DNA of 64,000 nt from an uncultured virus (IMG/VR IMGVR_UViG_3300038461_000154) (lineage: Duplodnaviria; Heunggongvirae; Uroviricota; Caudoviricetes), in IMG/VR virus record IMGVR_UViG_3300038461_000154; one strand, given 5' to 3'. Below, piece by piece: positions 27,814 through 37,004 of this stretch. The stretch's first letter is position 1. The number at the start of each line of letters is the position of its first letter. A program made the translations under genes and the position numbers. The notes under the pieces are model-generated. The model saw only the letters and a program-made list of their open reading frames with translations. It did not search any database and was not told the DNA's origin.

Positions 27814-28073
27814 TGGTTCACCGTATGTTCTAAAAGGTATGGACAGTTGTGTGGTGGAAATTCTTGTATTGAACGATTACGCACTTCATCTGGAACATTC
27901 AACTCGGCACAAAAATAAGTGCAATAGACTTCACCAATTTTCCATTGCTTGTGAAAGAAGTCCATTATCTTCTTATAGTGGTATTTTTTCTCTTTGTTGC
28001 TGTAAGACAAAGATGCCATCAAGCATTTTGAGTCGGTTTTTCTACATCTCAAACAAGCAGCTTTGTTTTTCAT
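27810..28073 (-). CDS. CPYLE family Cys-rich protein
   Basis: Family motifs. Confidence 0.85.
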   Translation of the reverse strand: MKNKAACLRCRKTDSKCLMASLSYSNKEKKYHYKKIMDFFHKQWKIGEVYCTYFCAELNVPDEVRNRSIQEFPPHNCPYLLEHTVNQ

Positions 28074-28279
28074 TGCCCCACCAATTGTTCCATGTAGAAG
28101 TGGCATTCTTCTATTGGGCCGCATCTAACGTCACTGCTAAAATGCTCCTCACACCAAACCAAATTAGCGTTCTTCCAATTCCATTCGTCAAGTATACCCC
28201 AACCCACCGCAAGGTCAAATTGATTCGGCTTCTGTTTTCTGTTCGCTTTACACTTTATGCAAATTTCTTTATTCAACAT
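28070..28279 (-). CDS. CPYLE family Cys-rich protein
   Basis: Family motifs. Confidence 0.85.
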   Translation of the reverse strand: MLNKEICIKCKANRKQKPNQFDLAVGWGILDEWNWKNANLVWCEEHFSSDVRCGPIEECHFYMEQLVGQ

Positions 28280-28530
28280 TGGTTCACCGTATGTTCAAGT
28301 AAATATTCACATCCTTCGGGTAGAACAAAATCCTTATTGTATTTAGGAGACACATTCACAAGCGCATCCCGGTAAGTCACCAATGCTATTTCATCTTCGG
28401 AAAAACCTTCTCTGCATCTTCGCACATTGTCTCTGACTATTGGAGACAACCTATCACAAAACACAAGAAAACCATTATCGTATGGTATCCAATTCAAATG
28501 CTTACACAAATGGCACGCTTTGTAGTTCAT
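28273..28530 (-). CDS. CPYLE family Cys-rich protein
   Basis: Family motifs. Confidence 0.85.
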   Translation of the reverse strand: MNYKACHLCKHLNWIPYDNGFLVFCDRLSPIVRDNVRRCREGFSEDEIALVTYRDALVNVSPKYNKDFVLPEGCEYLLEHTVNQC

Positions 28531-28820
28531 TGTGTCACCGTATGTTCTGTAATGTAGGGGCACGATTCAGGCGGTATTGTTCTCTTCATGTAGAAGTATC
28601 TCTTCTTAAAATGCGGATACCACTCAGAATCTAAATGTTGACTTTCTATTTCACCATAAACCGTTGGGAGATGATAACAAGGTGACTTATCTTCGCACAA
28701 AGACCACAGTTGTTTGAACCATGCAGTAAATCGTTCGTCGTGATGCTGTTCTTCTTGGAAACCATGTATATAGCTTCCCATGAATTTCTTAACGCATCTA
28801 GCACAACACTCTCTGTTCAT
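28527..28820 (-). CDS. CPYLE family Cys-rich protein (long subfamily)
   Basis: Family motifs; 3' end near-identical to 28817. Confidence 0.85.
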   Translation of the reverse strand: MNRECCARCVKKFMGSYIHGFQEEQHHDERFTAWFKQLWSLCEDKSPCYHLPTVYGEIESQHLDSEWYPHFKKRYFYMKRTIPPESCPYITEHTVTQ

Positions 28821-29122
28821 TTGCTCACCGTATGTTCTGTAATGTAAGGACACGATTCAGGCGGTATCGTTCTCTTGACGTAATAGTACACATGCACAGC
28901 AGGCGGATAGTATTCGTCCTTTATTATCTGGCTTCCTGTTTCGCCATCAACCATTCTGAGAAAACGGCATGGTGCTTTTCCTCTACATTTCCGCCACAGT
29001 CCATCAAACCATTCACTAAAAGCTTCTTTATGCCGTTGTAGCCTTACCTTCTTACCCCACCCATAGTTAATTTGCGCTTCCATGACTTGTTTCACACATT
29101 GTTTGCAGCATTTTTTATTCAT
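28817..29122 (-). CDS. CPYLE family Cys-rich protein (long subfamily)
   Basis: Family motifs. Confidence 0.85.
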   Translation of the reverse strand: MNKKCCKQCVKQVMEAQINYGWGKKVRLQRHKEAFSEWFDGLWRKCRGKAPCRFLRMVDGETGSQIIKDEYYPPAVHVYYYVKRTIPPESCPYITEHTVSK

Positions 29123-29337
29123 TGGTTCACCGTCTGTTCCATTAAGTAAGGGCATCTTTCAGGCAAGCTATTACATTTTATGGTTAAGTAAAGTCCAGCC
29201 TCTAAATACTGGCACGGGGTGTATCCTTTCCCCCAAGACTCAAAAAAGAAATCTCTTGATGACTGCACCATCCCCGGCCTGTTTTTCTTAACACAAGCCA
29301 TCCAACATTTATAGCACAGTTTTTTATTTAGCTTCAT
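29119..29337 (-). CDS. CPYLE family Cys-rich protein
   Basis: Family motifs. Confidence 0.85.
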   Translation of the reverse strand: MKLNKKLCYKCWMACVKKNRPGMVQSSRDFFFESWGKGYTPCQYLEAGLYLTIKCNSLPERCPYLMEQTVNQ

Positions 29338-29660
29338 CGGCTCACCGTATGTTCAAGCAAAAATGGGCAATTGTCTGGCGGGTATGAAACATACTCATAC
29401 CAAAAGTCAGTTGTAAAAAACTTGGACAATTTGTACTCTTCGTGATGAATCCATGTATCAGTTTTCCAACAAGGCATAGGCAATGCAGCTTCAACTTCAC
29501 GCTTAGAAGATTTCCTTAAAGTCTTAAGCAGACTTTCAAACCATATAGGGAATTGAAGTTCGTGCCGTTTTTCAAGCATTATGCGGTCATAGCCATTGAA
29601 TGCGCAAAGCTCACCGGCAATTTCTTTGTAGATGCAGTCATGACAAAGTTTTTTATTCAT
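29334..29660 (-). CDS. CPYLE family Cys-rich protein (long subfamily)
   Basis: Family motifs. Confidence 0.85.
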   Translation of the reverse strand: MNKKLCHDCIYKEIAGELCAFNGYDRIMLEKRHELQFPIWFESLLKTLRKSSKREVEAALPMPCWKTDTWIHHEEYKLSKFFTTDFWYEYVSYPPDNCPFLLEHTVSR

Positions 29661-30297
29661 GACAGTCGTTTCCCGCACTTACAGTATGTTCAACTAAAAA
29701 TGGGCAATTGTCTGGTGGGTTTTTCAACCAATGATAAACATAATGAGCAGCCCACCACTTTAAACCATTTTTGAGCCTTATTTCATACTTCTTCATTCGG
29801 TCAGGCTTATGAGAATCGGTTGCATATCCACAAGGCATAGCCCAAATATTTTCTTTGCAAAATCGTTCAAACCACTTGTCATATCCTTTGTTGTGTAAAC
29901 TTTCTACCCATTTCTCATTACCCTCTCGTGTCGTTAAATCACGTGAAAGATTGTGAAAAATGCACCGTTTGCAGACCACCGGATTAGCCTTGATGTAACC
30001 CCACCTGAAAACAGACTCGCTACATCTAGCCAACTTTATAATAGCCTCTCTGTCTACACCAAACAGATTTGCCACATGCTTAGCCGTGCAACAATGAGCC
30101 AACAGTTTGAATCGGTGGTCTACGTTTGGCTGGACTCCCTTGCCATTGCAGCATTCACACCATTCCTCTTTATCTGGATACCAACGTCCTTTGCTATCAA
30201 ACTGCCCTTTCGGACGTGCTTTATTATGTTTCCGCTCAAAGAATACCTTGGCGGCTGCATCTAATCTAGCGTCTACAATGGTTTCTTCGGCTATCAT
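29653..30297 (-). CDS. fusion: PKGxFD..CECC..HC..HVANL domain plus CPYLE module
   Basis: N-half is a paralog of 30294-30608; C-half has family motifs. Confidence 0.85.
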   Translation of the reverse strand: MIAEETIVDARLDAAAKVFFERKHNKARPKGQFDSKGRWYPDKEEWCECCNGKGVQPNVDHRFKLLAHCCTAKHVANLFGVDREAIIKLARCSESVFRWGYIKANPVVCKRCIFHNLSRDLTTREGNEKWVESLHNKGYDKWFERFCKENIWAMPCGYATDSHKPDRMKKYEIRLKNGLKWWAAHYVYHWLKNPPDNCPFLVEHTVSAGNDCHE

Positions 30298-30608
30298 TTT
30301 AACACCAATTCTTGATGTTTTGCCAGCTTTTTCACAAGAGCCACGTCTACACCAAACAAGTTCGCCACATGCTCAGCAGTACGACAATGCACCAAAAGAG
30401 AAAATGGGTAGCTGCGAGTTGGACGACGAATGTTTTTGCAGCACTCACATCGTTCGTCATAATTGGGCGTCCAACGACTTACACTATCGAAATTGCCTTT
30501 AGGATGTGCCTTCCGGTATTTACGGTCAAGAAATGTCTTAACCGCTTCATCTATCGTGCCATCCAAAACAGCAATCATTTCTGCATCTGTTACGTTTTTT
30601 GAGTCCAT
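30294..30608 (-). CDS. hypothetical Cys/His metal-binding protein
   Basis: HPKGNFD..CECC..HCRTAEHVANLFG; AGGAGG RBS; promoter motif at 30650. Confidence 0.8.
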   Translation of the reverse strand: MDSKNVTDAEMIAVLDGTIDEAVKTFLDRKYRKAHPKGNFDSVSRWTPNYDERCECCKNIRRPTRSYPFSLLVHCRTAEHVANLFGVDVALVKKLAKHQELVLK

Positions 30609-30655
30609 TTTTCAACAAATCCTCCTTACCGCCAACGCTTCTACAGCATGTATCG

Positions 30656-30886
30656 TCAAACGGCAAGCTTTTTATCAGGCGTCTCTACGGTTTGTTCCAA
30701 TACATAAACGCAATCTTCATGCGGGTCTTCATTAGTTCTGCTTATATTGGCCGAAAGGCAACAGAGGATGAGATAACCCTGTTCCCATTCTTTTTCAAAT
30801 TCTCTTGCCAATAAAGGTTCGTTGCAATATTCATCGTGAGAATATCTGCCTCTCCAACATTTCTCGCAGATAGTCTTGTTCAACAT
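30656..30886 (-). CDS. CPYLE family Cys-rich protein
   Basis: Family motifs. Confidence 0.85.
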   Translation of the reverse strand: MLNKTICEKCWRGRYSHDEYCNEPLLAREFEKEWEQGYLILCCLSANISRTNEDPHEDCVYVLEQTVETPDKKLAV

Positions 30887-31086
30887 ACGCTTTGCTCGAC
30901 AATATAGGGGCAATCAAAAGGCGGCTTGTCCAAAACGAGTAGATTTATCGAAGCATAGTAACAGGTACAAAATCCATCATTCCAATTTTTTCGAATCACT
31001 ATCATGGCACTCTCAGCAAACTTCTCCCCATGTCTACGCCGCAAGTATTCTTCGGCACAATGGAAACAAACTTCACTATTTAACAT
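30880..31086 (-). CDS. CPYLE family Cys-rich protein
   Basis: Family motifs; promoter motif at 31113. Confidence 0.85.
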   Translation of the reverse strand: MLNSEVCFHCAEEYLRRRHGEKFAESAMIVIRKNWNDGFCTCYYASINLLVLDKPPFDCPYIVEQSVC

Positions 31087-31143
31087 GGGTATCCTTCTTC
31101 ATTCATTTCAGTATATCGTCAGTACGTCAAGTATTTCGAAAAG

Positions 31144-31180
31144 AAAAAGCCCTCTTGCCAATCACGACAAGGGGCTTTTC
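31144..31180 (-). terminator. intrinsic terminator (possibly bidirectional)
   Basis: aaaagccctcttg..caaggggctttt hairpin downstream of the methylase. Confidence 0.65.
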
Positions 31181-31209
31181 TCAATACCTACCTACTACCT
31201 AAACAAATA

Positions 31210-32001
31210 CTAATGCAAACACCACGCAATTAGTTCTGCCCTATTCGTTCTCGTTTTTGAAGTCTTAGGGCCATTCACCAATACCGTCTCTAATCCCGCT
31301 CTCTTATACAGCCGTTCCACCGTTGCCATATTGCTTACCACAATGTTTATGTCTTGCTTCACGGCATCGGCAACCCAATCCGTAACGTCTAGCTGGTCTG
31401 AAAAACTCCACCATTGATTGCCGTATCCTAACGACTCAGGATAAGGCGGGTCTATGTAAACCAAATCACCCGCCTTAGCTGTCTTGATAGTTTTCTTCCA
31501 ATCCGCACAAGCTATTGTGTCATTGCTTCGTAACCAGTTGACTGTAAAGAATGCTTCAAGCCGTTTTTTGAGATATTCCGGCTTCGCAAACTTTGGGTTC
31601 ACTGGATTTTCATTTCCCATTGAACCATCAGCCTTGCTTTTCCACCTGTTTCCCCAAGCTGTAAAAAGACAAACGGCAAACTTATTTGCTTTCTCTGCAA
31701 CGGAAAGCTTACCAATGTCTTCATCTTTCAAGGCTCTCCAATAGTCTATCGCCATGTAGTTATCGGCAATAGTGCAGCCTTCTATTTGAGATTGAAATGC
31801 TGCCATTAGCCAAGGATTCGCGTCTGAAACGTATTGTTTTGTGTTGGGAAAAAGCCGTCTGACCAATGCCGATATGCTACCACCACCAACGAAAGGGTCT
31901 ATATACGTACCTTTGCCTTCCCATTGTTGTAGAATAGGAGTGAGGCGTTCAACCATCCAGCGTTTTGAGCCGTTCCAAGGAAACCATTGGTGACTTTTCA
32001 A
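31210..32001 (-). CDS. dam: DNA adenine methyltransferase (Dam/D12 class)
   Basis: PWNGSK, YIDPFVGGGS, VYIDPPY; probable TTG start overlapping the upstream stop. Confidence 0.85.
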   Translation of the reverse strand: MKSHQWFPWNGSKRWMVERLTPILQQWEGKGTYIDPFVGGGSISALVRRLFPNTKQYVSDANPWLMAAFQSQIEGCTIADNYMAIDYWRALKDEDIGKLSVAEKANKFAVCLFTAWGNRWKSKADGSMGNENPVNPKFAKPEYLKKRLEAFFTVNWLRSNDTIACADWKKTIKTAKAGDLVYIDPPYPESLGYGNQWWSFSDQLDVTDWVADAVKQDINIVVSNMATVERLYKRAGLETVLVNGPKTSKTRTNRAELIAWCLH

Positions 32002-32162
32002 GATGTGCTTCTCGAAAGGGCAAGGATAATAAGTAGAACAATCACAGCAAAGATAACTACCATCGCACAACCACAAGCCGCACCTACTAAAAGAGGCGCT
32101 TGTTGCTGAGCTTTATTTCGTCCAGAAGGATATTGTACAGTATGGCCTTGTTCCTCTTCCAT
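31998..32162 (-). CDS. small membrane protein (54 aa, not in ORF track)
   Basis: Hand translation MEEEQGH..AMVVIFAVIVLLIILAL; TTGA overlap with the methylase. Confidence 0.6.
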   Translation of the reverse strand: MEEEQGHTVQYPSGRNKAQQQAPLLVGAACGCAMVVIFAVIVLLIILALSRSTS

Positions 32163-32173
32163 GTACTTACACC

Positions 32174-32569
32174 TTATTTGCTTTTAATACCACTTGGTTT
32201 AATCACCGTTTCTTTATTGTCATACTGGTATTTTTCTTTGCTCAATTCAGTAGACACAACACCAATTGGCAATTTTTTATCCAAACAAATTTCTGCCGAC
32301 CACAGATGATAGCTATGCGTCTCTTCATTATGGCATAGTGTGTTACCCAAAAATACAGATAATGCCTGAAAGGTATCGGGGTGCATATGTAGTTTATAAA
32401 CAAGCCCATCATTATATTCTGAGATAGCACAAATATAATTAGTCAATTCCATAACCCACTCAGAGAAGTCAATAGTGACTTTCTTTGCAAGCGGGAAGGC
32501 TTCTCTTGGCCCACCCGTTGGAATTTCTGGCAAATGAATTTCACTAGCGGCCACGACTCTAACGCTCAT
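32174..32569 (-). CDS. hypothetical protein
   Basis: AGGAG RBS. Confidence 0.75.
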   Translation of the reverse strand: MSVRVVAASEIHLPEIPTGGPREAFPLAKKVTIDFSEWVMELTNYICAISEYNDGLVYKLHMHPDTFQALSVFLGNTLCHNEETHSYHLWSAEICLDKKLPIGVVSTELSKEKYQYDNKETVIKPSGIKSK

Positions 32570-32579
32570 TGGTTTCTCC

Positions 32580-32816
32580 TTACAACATTATCTTACCCGC
32601 TTCTGCTAAATAATTTGAAGCCTTTTCTTTCTCTGCTTTATCTTTATTGTTAGCCCAATACTGTAGCTTCATGGCAATGGAAAACAAAATAGCAACAACT
32701 ATCCACCAAGCAGGATGTTGTATAACGGCACCAGCGAGTGAAAAACCAGCCAACAGCATCAAGCCATTAGTATATGGCGTGACTTCGGCCATATGAGAAT
32801 AATGCTCTTCTGCCAT
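32580..32816 (-). CDS. small two-TM membrane protein
   Basis: Two hydrophobic segments. Confidence 0.7.
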   Translation of the reverse strand: MAEEHYSHMAEVTPYTNGLMLLAGFSLAGAVIQHPAWWIVVAILFSIAMKLQYWANNKDKAEKEKASNYLAEAGKIML

Positions 32817-32817
32817 A

Positions 32818-33144
32818 TTAGTGCTTCCCTTTCTTTTTGAATGTATAGTAAGCGCGGCCACTCTCATTGTAGCCCGGTTTATCATATACAACAGTCCAAC
32901 CGGCCTTTCTGAAAAGTGGTTCAACATCCAACCACTTGTTACCAAAAATCTTCTCGTCGTTTTTGAATTTGAGCTTGCGTCTTATTAGCTCTAACACTTC
33001 GTCTTGCATAACAGTAGCTTCACCGGAAAGCGTGTCTATGTCTTTGGCAATTAGCTCATTGAAAGCCTCTACTACTTCGTTTGGAATGTCTTCTCTGGCT
33101 CTATCAACCGCTTCCTTTGGGGTGACTGGCTTTACCGTAGGCAT
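32818..33144 (-). CDS. hypothetical phage protein
   Basis: ORF in operon; GWTVVYDKPGYNES motif. Confidence 0.8.
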   Translation of the reverse strand: MPTVKPVTPKEAVDRAREDIPNEVVEAFNELIAKDIDTLSGEATVMQDEVLELIRRKLKFKNDEKIFGNKWLDVEPLFRKAGWTVVYDKPGYNESGRAYYTFKKKGKH

Positions 33145-33146
33145 TG

Positions 33147-33866
33147 TTAGCTCGCCATCCTTTCTTTACACGCGAAATACTCCCGCAAACAATTCCCGCA
33201 CCTAGCACAAGCATACGTCTTCGCGTCTTTTCCGCAAGTGTAAACTAGAGAATTCCCTACGTACCTTTGAATGATGCTATCACACGCCTTCTGTGTCAAA
33301 ACCCAATAGCTGTTTAACGTCCTCTTACGGAACTCATAGCTATCTTTGTATTGCTCTGGAACAGTCAATTCGTAGTAAGCCATGAAGGTCAGGATTACCG
33401 GAATTTTGCGGCTTGTATAATAGGTTACAGCTTCATCACACAAAGCCGTATTCCACATATTAACCCTGAAACGCACATACATTAGGTTCTTCGGTAGAGG
33501 GTCTGAAATCTTATGGAAATGGCTATCTGTCATTTTGCTTGGGTTGATGGTCAAGACTACAGGGGCCGGGAACTCTCCAATTTTGATAGGTAGAGAAGTG
33601 TTGAAAAAACGCTGTTTGTAAATGTTAGTTGCGTCAATAACCAAATCCCGTTGGTTATTGGAATCATTGCCGTCATTTACACGAACTACTTTGCCTTCTG
33701 CTTCTTCGGCAGACGGCATGTTAGGCAAGTTCTTTTCTAGCGGCTCCAAATAAGAGCGGCCAGACTGAAAGAAACAATCGGCACAACCAACCGGACAAAT
33801 GCCGACTTGAGGGATTGCGGCAAGCATTCCACTACCTGCCAACTTCGGATTCACTATGTATGTCAT
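33147..33866 (-). CDS. radical SAM-like protein
   Basis: CxxxCxxC (CPVGCADC) near the N-terminus; extra C-terminal Cys cluster. Confidence 0.7.
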   Translation of the reverse strand: MTYIVNPKLAGSGMLAAIPQVGICPVGCADCFFQSGRSYLEPLEKNLPNMPSAEEAEGKVVRVNDGNDSNNQRDLVIDATNIYKQRFFNTSLPIKIGEFPAPVVLTINPSKMTDSHFHKISDPLPKNLMYVRFRVNMWNTALCDEAVTYYTSRKIPVILTFMAYYELTVPEQYKDSYEFRKRTLNSYWVLTQKACDSIIQRYVGNSLVYTCGKDAKTYACARCGNCLREYFACKERMAS

Positions 33867-34021
33867 CTCGTTTCTCCTTTGATTTTCTCTCTGTTATAAA
33901 TCACTAATTCGCCTATACCTACTTCGTACCGTTTCCCACCCATTGCCCTAGCAAGTGCGAGCCTGCCTTTTGGAGTACGCAGCAAACGAGCGATTATGAC
34001 TTCCTTATCTTGACTATTCAC
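33863..34021 (-). CDS. small protein (52 aa, not in ORF track)
   Basis: Hand translation from GTG; ATGA overlap with the radical SAM gene. Confidence 0.5.
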   Translation of the reverse strand: MNSQDKEVIIARLLRTPKGRLALARAMGGKRYEVGIGELVIYNREKIKGETR

Positions 34022-34030
34022 GTTTAATAC

Positions 34031-34240
34031 TCATTCTTCTGACGCCCCTACATCACACTCATTTATTGGGCCTTCACACACAGAGCATCCACCACCGCTA
34101 TCATGGTCTACACATACGCCGTCTACATGCCTACAACCGGCACACAAACAAAATTTACCAACATATGGGCCTTCGTCATCACTGAGCGGGCCATGGCAGA
34201 TGTAGGAATCGTCTATTTTCTTCTTAGGTATGGAAGTCAT
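34031..34240 (-). CDS. small Cys-rich protein
   Basis: Eight Cys; coupled overlap. Confidence 0.65.
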   Translation of the reverse strand: MTSIPKKKIDDSYICHGPLSDDEGPYVGKFCLCAGCRHVDGVCVDHDSGGGCSVCEGPINECDVGASEE

Positions 34241-34575
34241 TTAGCATTCCGCCTTTTTAATCTCTCGGCTTGCACTTTTGCCACAGCTTGATTGGCTGCT
34301 TCCCAATCTTGCAATTCCTCTAGCTCTTTTTGTATGGCACGCTGGCCTTCATCAAAATCTCTTTCGCGTTTCTGCTTCAAATAATCAGTTAGAGAAGTCC
34401 AGTTGTGGGCTAAAACACGTTGTTTAGTTGACTCGGAAATTGTGCCTGTTTGTTCAATGTCTTGTTTAATACTAAACAGGATATCCCTTGGTTCAGCAGC
34501 CGCGCATTCTTGAGAACAGTAGTTGGCATCAATAATTCCAACACCACACGTTTGGCAATTACACAAATGAGCCAT
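34237..34575 (-). CDS. Zn-finger plus coiled-coil protein
   Basis: CQTC..YCSQEC then helical region. Confidence 0.7.
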   Translation of the reverse strand: MAHLCNCQTCGVGIIDANYCSQECAAAEPRDILFSIKQDIEQTGTISESTKQRVLAHNWTSLTDYLKQKRERDFDEGQRAIQKELEELQDWEAANQAVAKVQAERLKRRNAK

Positions 34576-34589
34576 TGGTTTTATCCTTT

Positions 34590-34787
34590 CTATGGTACAT
34601 TGCGACTCTCAACCCACTCACCTTTTGTTTGTACTCCTGAAATAAAAGGACGCGCATCCTCTATTGCCCTATCAAGTATTCTTCCACGGCTTCCTAAATT
34701 ACGTATGGCATTGTTGGTATTGGCTTGGTCATAAGCATCACGTATCCATGCCAAGACTTCTTTTAGCTTTTCAACTTCTGTATTCAT
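34590..34787 (-). CDS. hypothetical protein
   Basis: ORF in operon. Confidence 0.6.
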   Translation of the reverse strand: MNTEVEKLKEVLAWIRDAYDQANTNNAIRNLGSRGRILDRAIEDARPFISGVQTKGEWVESRNVP

Positions 34788-34791
34788 AACC

Positions 34792-34989
34792 TTACCCCGG
34801 AACTCTGTCTGCCCAATACTCTCTATCTTCTTCAATTTCTTTACGATGCTGCTCGTCTGACAGGTATTTTTTCTTGCCACACATGCACGGATTATAGTCG
34901 CAAACTCTACAATATCCCGTCACATAATCTCGTTTTCCGCACATACACGGGCTTGCATCACAGTGCGTACAATGTCCAATCTCACTCAC
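34792..34989 (-). CDS. small protein with two CxxCDxxPCMCGK repeats
   Basis: Internal duplication. Confidence 0.65.
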   Translation of the reverse strand: MSEIGHCTHCDASPCMCGKRDYVTGYCRVCDYNPCMCGKKKYLSDEQHRKEIEEDREYWADRVPG

Positions 34990-35251
34990 TTGTTTTCTCC
35001 TTGTCAAAATCAGATGCACAGATACACACAAAGCCGAATTCCTTTCTCACATCCTGACCGGCCTTATATTGCGCCTCATTGTTGCCGTCTAAAAGCTCTA
35101 TTGCTCTTTGTACTGCGTAGTCTGTTGACAAAATAGGTGTCTCTCCAATCATTCTACCAAACATCGTACCCTCTGTAGAACTATTTCCTACACGATAGAT
35201 GAACCATTGATTGCGGTCATCGTCTTTTACCCTAAACGTGAGCATGAACAT
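34982..35251 (-). CDS. hypothetical protein
   Basis: AAGGAG RBS. Confidence 0.7.
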   Translation of the reverse strand: MFMLTFRVKDDDRNQWFIYRVGNSSTEGTMFGRMIGETPILSTDYAVQRAIELLDGNNEAQYKAGQDVRKEFGFVCICASDFDKEKTSE

Positions 35252-35269
35252 TTTTGTCTCCTTGTCATA

Positions 35270-35494
35270 TTACTGTTTTAATGCCCTGTCTTCTTCCTGC
35301 TGTAATTTGGCATGATGCTCACAAGGATTATCCACAAAACAGCAATCCGTTATTCCAATCCTCTTGCCATTTTTAATGTATGGCTTTAACCAAACATGCT
35401 CACCAAAGTCATTCACAACTTTCATATCATCATGCCAACGCAATGCCGCAAGCACATCTTCTGGTTTAAGATTAACGTCAACGATTTTGTCCAT
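35270..35494 (-). CDS. hypothetical protein
   Basis: ORF in operon. Confidence 0.65.
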   Translation of the reverse strand: MDKIVDVNLKPEDVLAALRWHDDMKVVNDFGEHVWLKPYIKNGKRIGITDCCFVDNPCEHHAKLQQEEDRALKQ

Positions 35495-35515
35495 TATCTG
35501 TTCTCTTTAATTATA

Positions 35516-35585
35516 TGGCGCGGGCCGGATTCCCATTTTCATTATTTCGGCTTTCACTCAGGTCACGCACACTGCCGCCGCGCCA
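35516..35585 (-). ncRNA. structured RNA with GGCGCGG/CCGCGCC closing stem
   Basis: Intergenic; shares the 3' end CGGCCCGCGCCA with the 58488 and 58632 elements. Confidence 0.55.
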
Positions 35586-35589
35586 CACT

Positions 35590-35766
35590 TCACCGCTCTT
35601 GAACTATCACACGAACCGCTTTTACTGGCGAATATTGGGAAGGAGCCGAAGCAGTAAGCATTGGCCCACCTATATTCGGCTTCACAAAAAATACTGAGGG
35701 AATCAACACACCAGTCTTCATATTCTTGATTCCCCAAGCCAGTAGTTTAGCTTTCTTTTTTGCCAT
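35590..35766 (-). CDS. hypothetical protein
   Basis: ORF in operon. Confidence 0.55.
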   Translation of the reverse strand: MAKKKAKLLAWGIKNMKTGVLIPSVFFVKPNIGGPMLTASAPSQYSPVKAVRVIVQER

Positions 35767-35953
35767 GTTTCTTGTCTCCATCTACTTGATGATATGCTCT
35801 GGCACCGCGTGGAAAGCCAATCGGATGGTCTTCTATAAAATCTCCCAAAGTCTCGTAGTAGCAATCAGAACAAACGGGTTTACCGTCTATCCTTTCGCAT
35901 TCGTCATCGGATTCCCATTTCTTACCGCATTTCGAACACTTCCAATATCCCAT
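35747..35953 (-). CDS. small Zn-finger protein
   Basis: CSKC..CSDC. Confidence 0.65.
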   Translation of the reverse strand: MGYWKCSKCGKKWESDDECERIDGKPVCSDCYYETLGDFIEDHPIGFPRGARAYHQVDGDKKHGKKES

Positions 35954-36225
35954 TATATCCCCCTTGCCTTGGTAAATATCGTTAGTTCACCTTGTTCTGA
36001 CGTAAGTTCCTTGTCTTCTGGAAACGTCAACCATATAGGTTTTTGACAAGCAAGGCACACGTCGCCTTTTACTTCGCTCTTCAAGAACATTTTACTCACG
36101 TGGCCATTTTCACAACGCCAAGTTGCATCATCCAACCATCGTTCAGGAAAGCCCATGAATCGTGAGCCTGTTTCTTTCTTGTCGGCGTCTATGATGATTT
36201 GCGGTTTGGTCATTATTCTTTCCAT
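35953..36225 (-). CDS. small Zn-ribbon protein
   Basis: CENGH..CLAC. Confidence 0.65.
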   Translation of the reverse strand: MERIMTKPQIIIDADKKETGSRFMGFPERWLDDATWRCENGHVSKMFLKSEVKGDVCLACQKPIWLTFPEDKELTSEQGELTIFTKARGI

Positions 36226-36512
36226 GTAGTGTGTGGCCGTTTGGCTTCCTCTGGCCCATCATACCAAGCTCGGAACATGGATTTGATATTTGAACCTCTA
36301 CCATCGTCCACATACCGTCCAAAGCATATCATATCGTCACGGCTGAATAATTTAGATGAACTTTTTTTAGTGCTTTGCGTGCTATTTGGTTCCGGTGGTT
36401 GATACCCTTTAGGAACTCCTGGCTGATTGAAAAATTCCCGTAGTATCTTTTTTGTCTTAGCATCCAGTCGCGTATCTCTACATCGCACTCTTGGGTCTTT
36501 TGGGTCTAGCAT
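36213..36512 (-). CDS. hypothetical protein
   Basis: GGAG RBS before MLDP. Confidence 0.6.
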   Translation of the reverse strand: MLDPKDPRVRCRDTRLDAKTKKILREFFNQPGVPKGYQPPEPNSTQSTKKSSSKLFSRDDMICFGRYVDDGRGSNIKSMFRAWYDGPEEAKRPHTTWKE

Positions 36513-36514
36513 TT

Positions 36515-36733
36515 CTATCTCCCTGATGAAAGCCACACAGGTAAAAACACAGCAAGCCCCCATGCGGCTACAACGCAAAAGAGAATCAATAGCGCAAATT
36601 CAACTCTGTGTACCCTCTTTTCTAATGCACAAGCTCTACATGGCTCTTTGTCGCCAACACAAATTATGCAACGGTCTTTAGGAATCTCTCTCCCCATTCG
36701 AGTAACATTCATCGCTTCTTCTCTTTTATCCAA
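36515..36733 (-). CDS. Cys-rich membrane protein
   Basis: CIIC..CRAC plus TM segment. Confidence 0.6.
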   Translation of the reverse strand: MDKREEAMNVTRMGREIPKDRCIICVGDKEPCRACALEKRVHRVEFALLILFCVVAAWGLAVFLPVWLSSGR

Positions 36734-36975
36734 TCGTCTTCCACTGGCACAATCTTGAAATTGGGTCCGGGTGCCTCACTACCGCCGTCCATAGGAACTA
36801 GTTCGTCACCAACTAAGATGTAGCAATCAACTTCTTCAAAGCCAAAACCTTCCCACCATGTGCCTTTTCCTTTAGGCCATCTACCGCCAAGCAAAGCCTT
36901 CAAGTTCTCTTTGCTGATGGTTGTTGGAGCCTTTTTGTGCATGAGTTTGATATCATAAACACGTAAACATTCCAT
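36709..36975 (-). CDS. hypothetical protein
   Basis: AGGGG RBS. Confidence 0.7.
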   Translation of the reverse strand: MECLRVYDIKLMHKKAPTTISKENLKALLGGRWPKGKGTWWEGFGFEEVDCYILVGDELVPMDGGSEAPGPNFKIVPVEDDWIKEKKR

Positions 36976-37004
36976 TTTTAATCCCCTTTATACCAAATTG
37001 CCGG

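Noticed and set aside
32002..32076. Cys-rich N-terminal extension on the Dam methylase
   Set aside because: It is better explained as an alternate frame of an upstream 54-aa membrane protein gene whose stop overlaps a TTG start at 32001.
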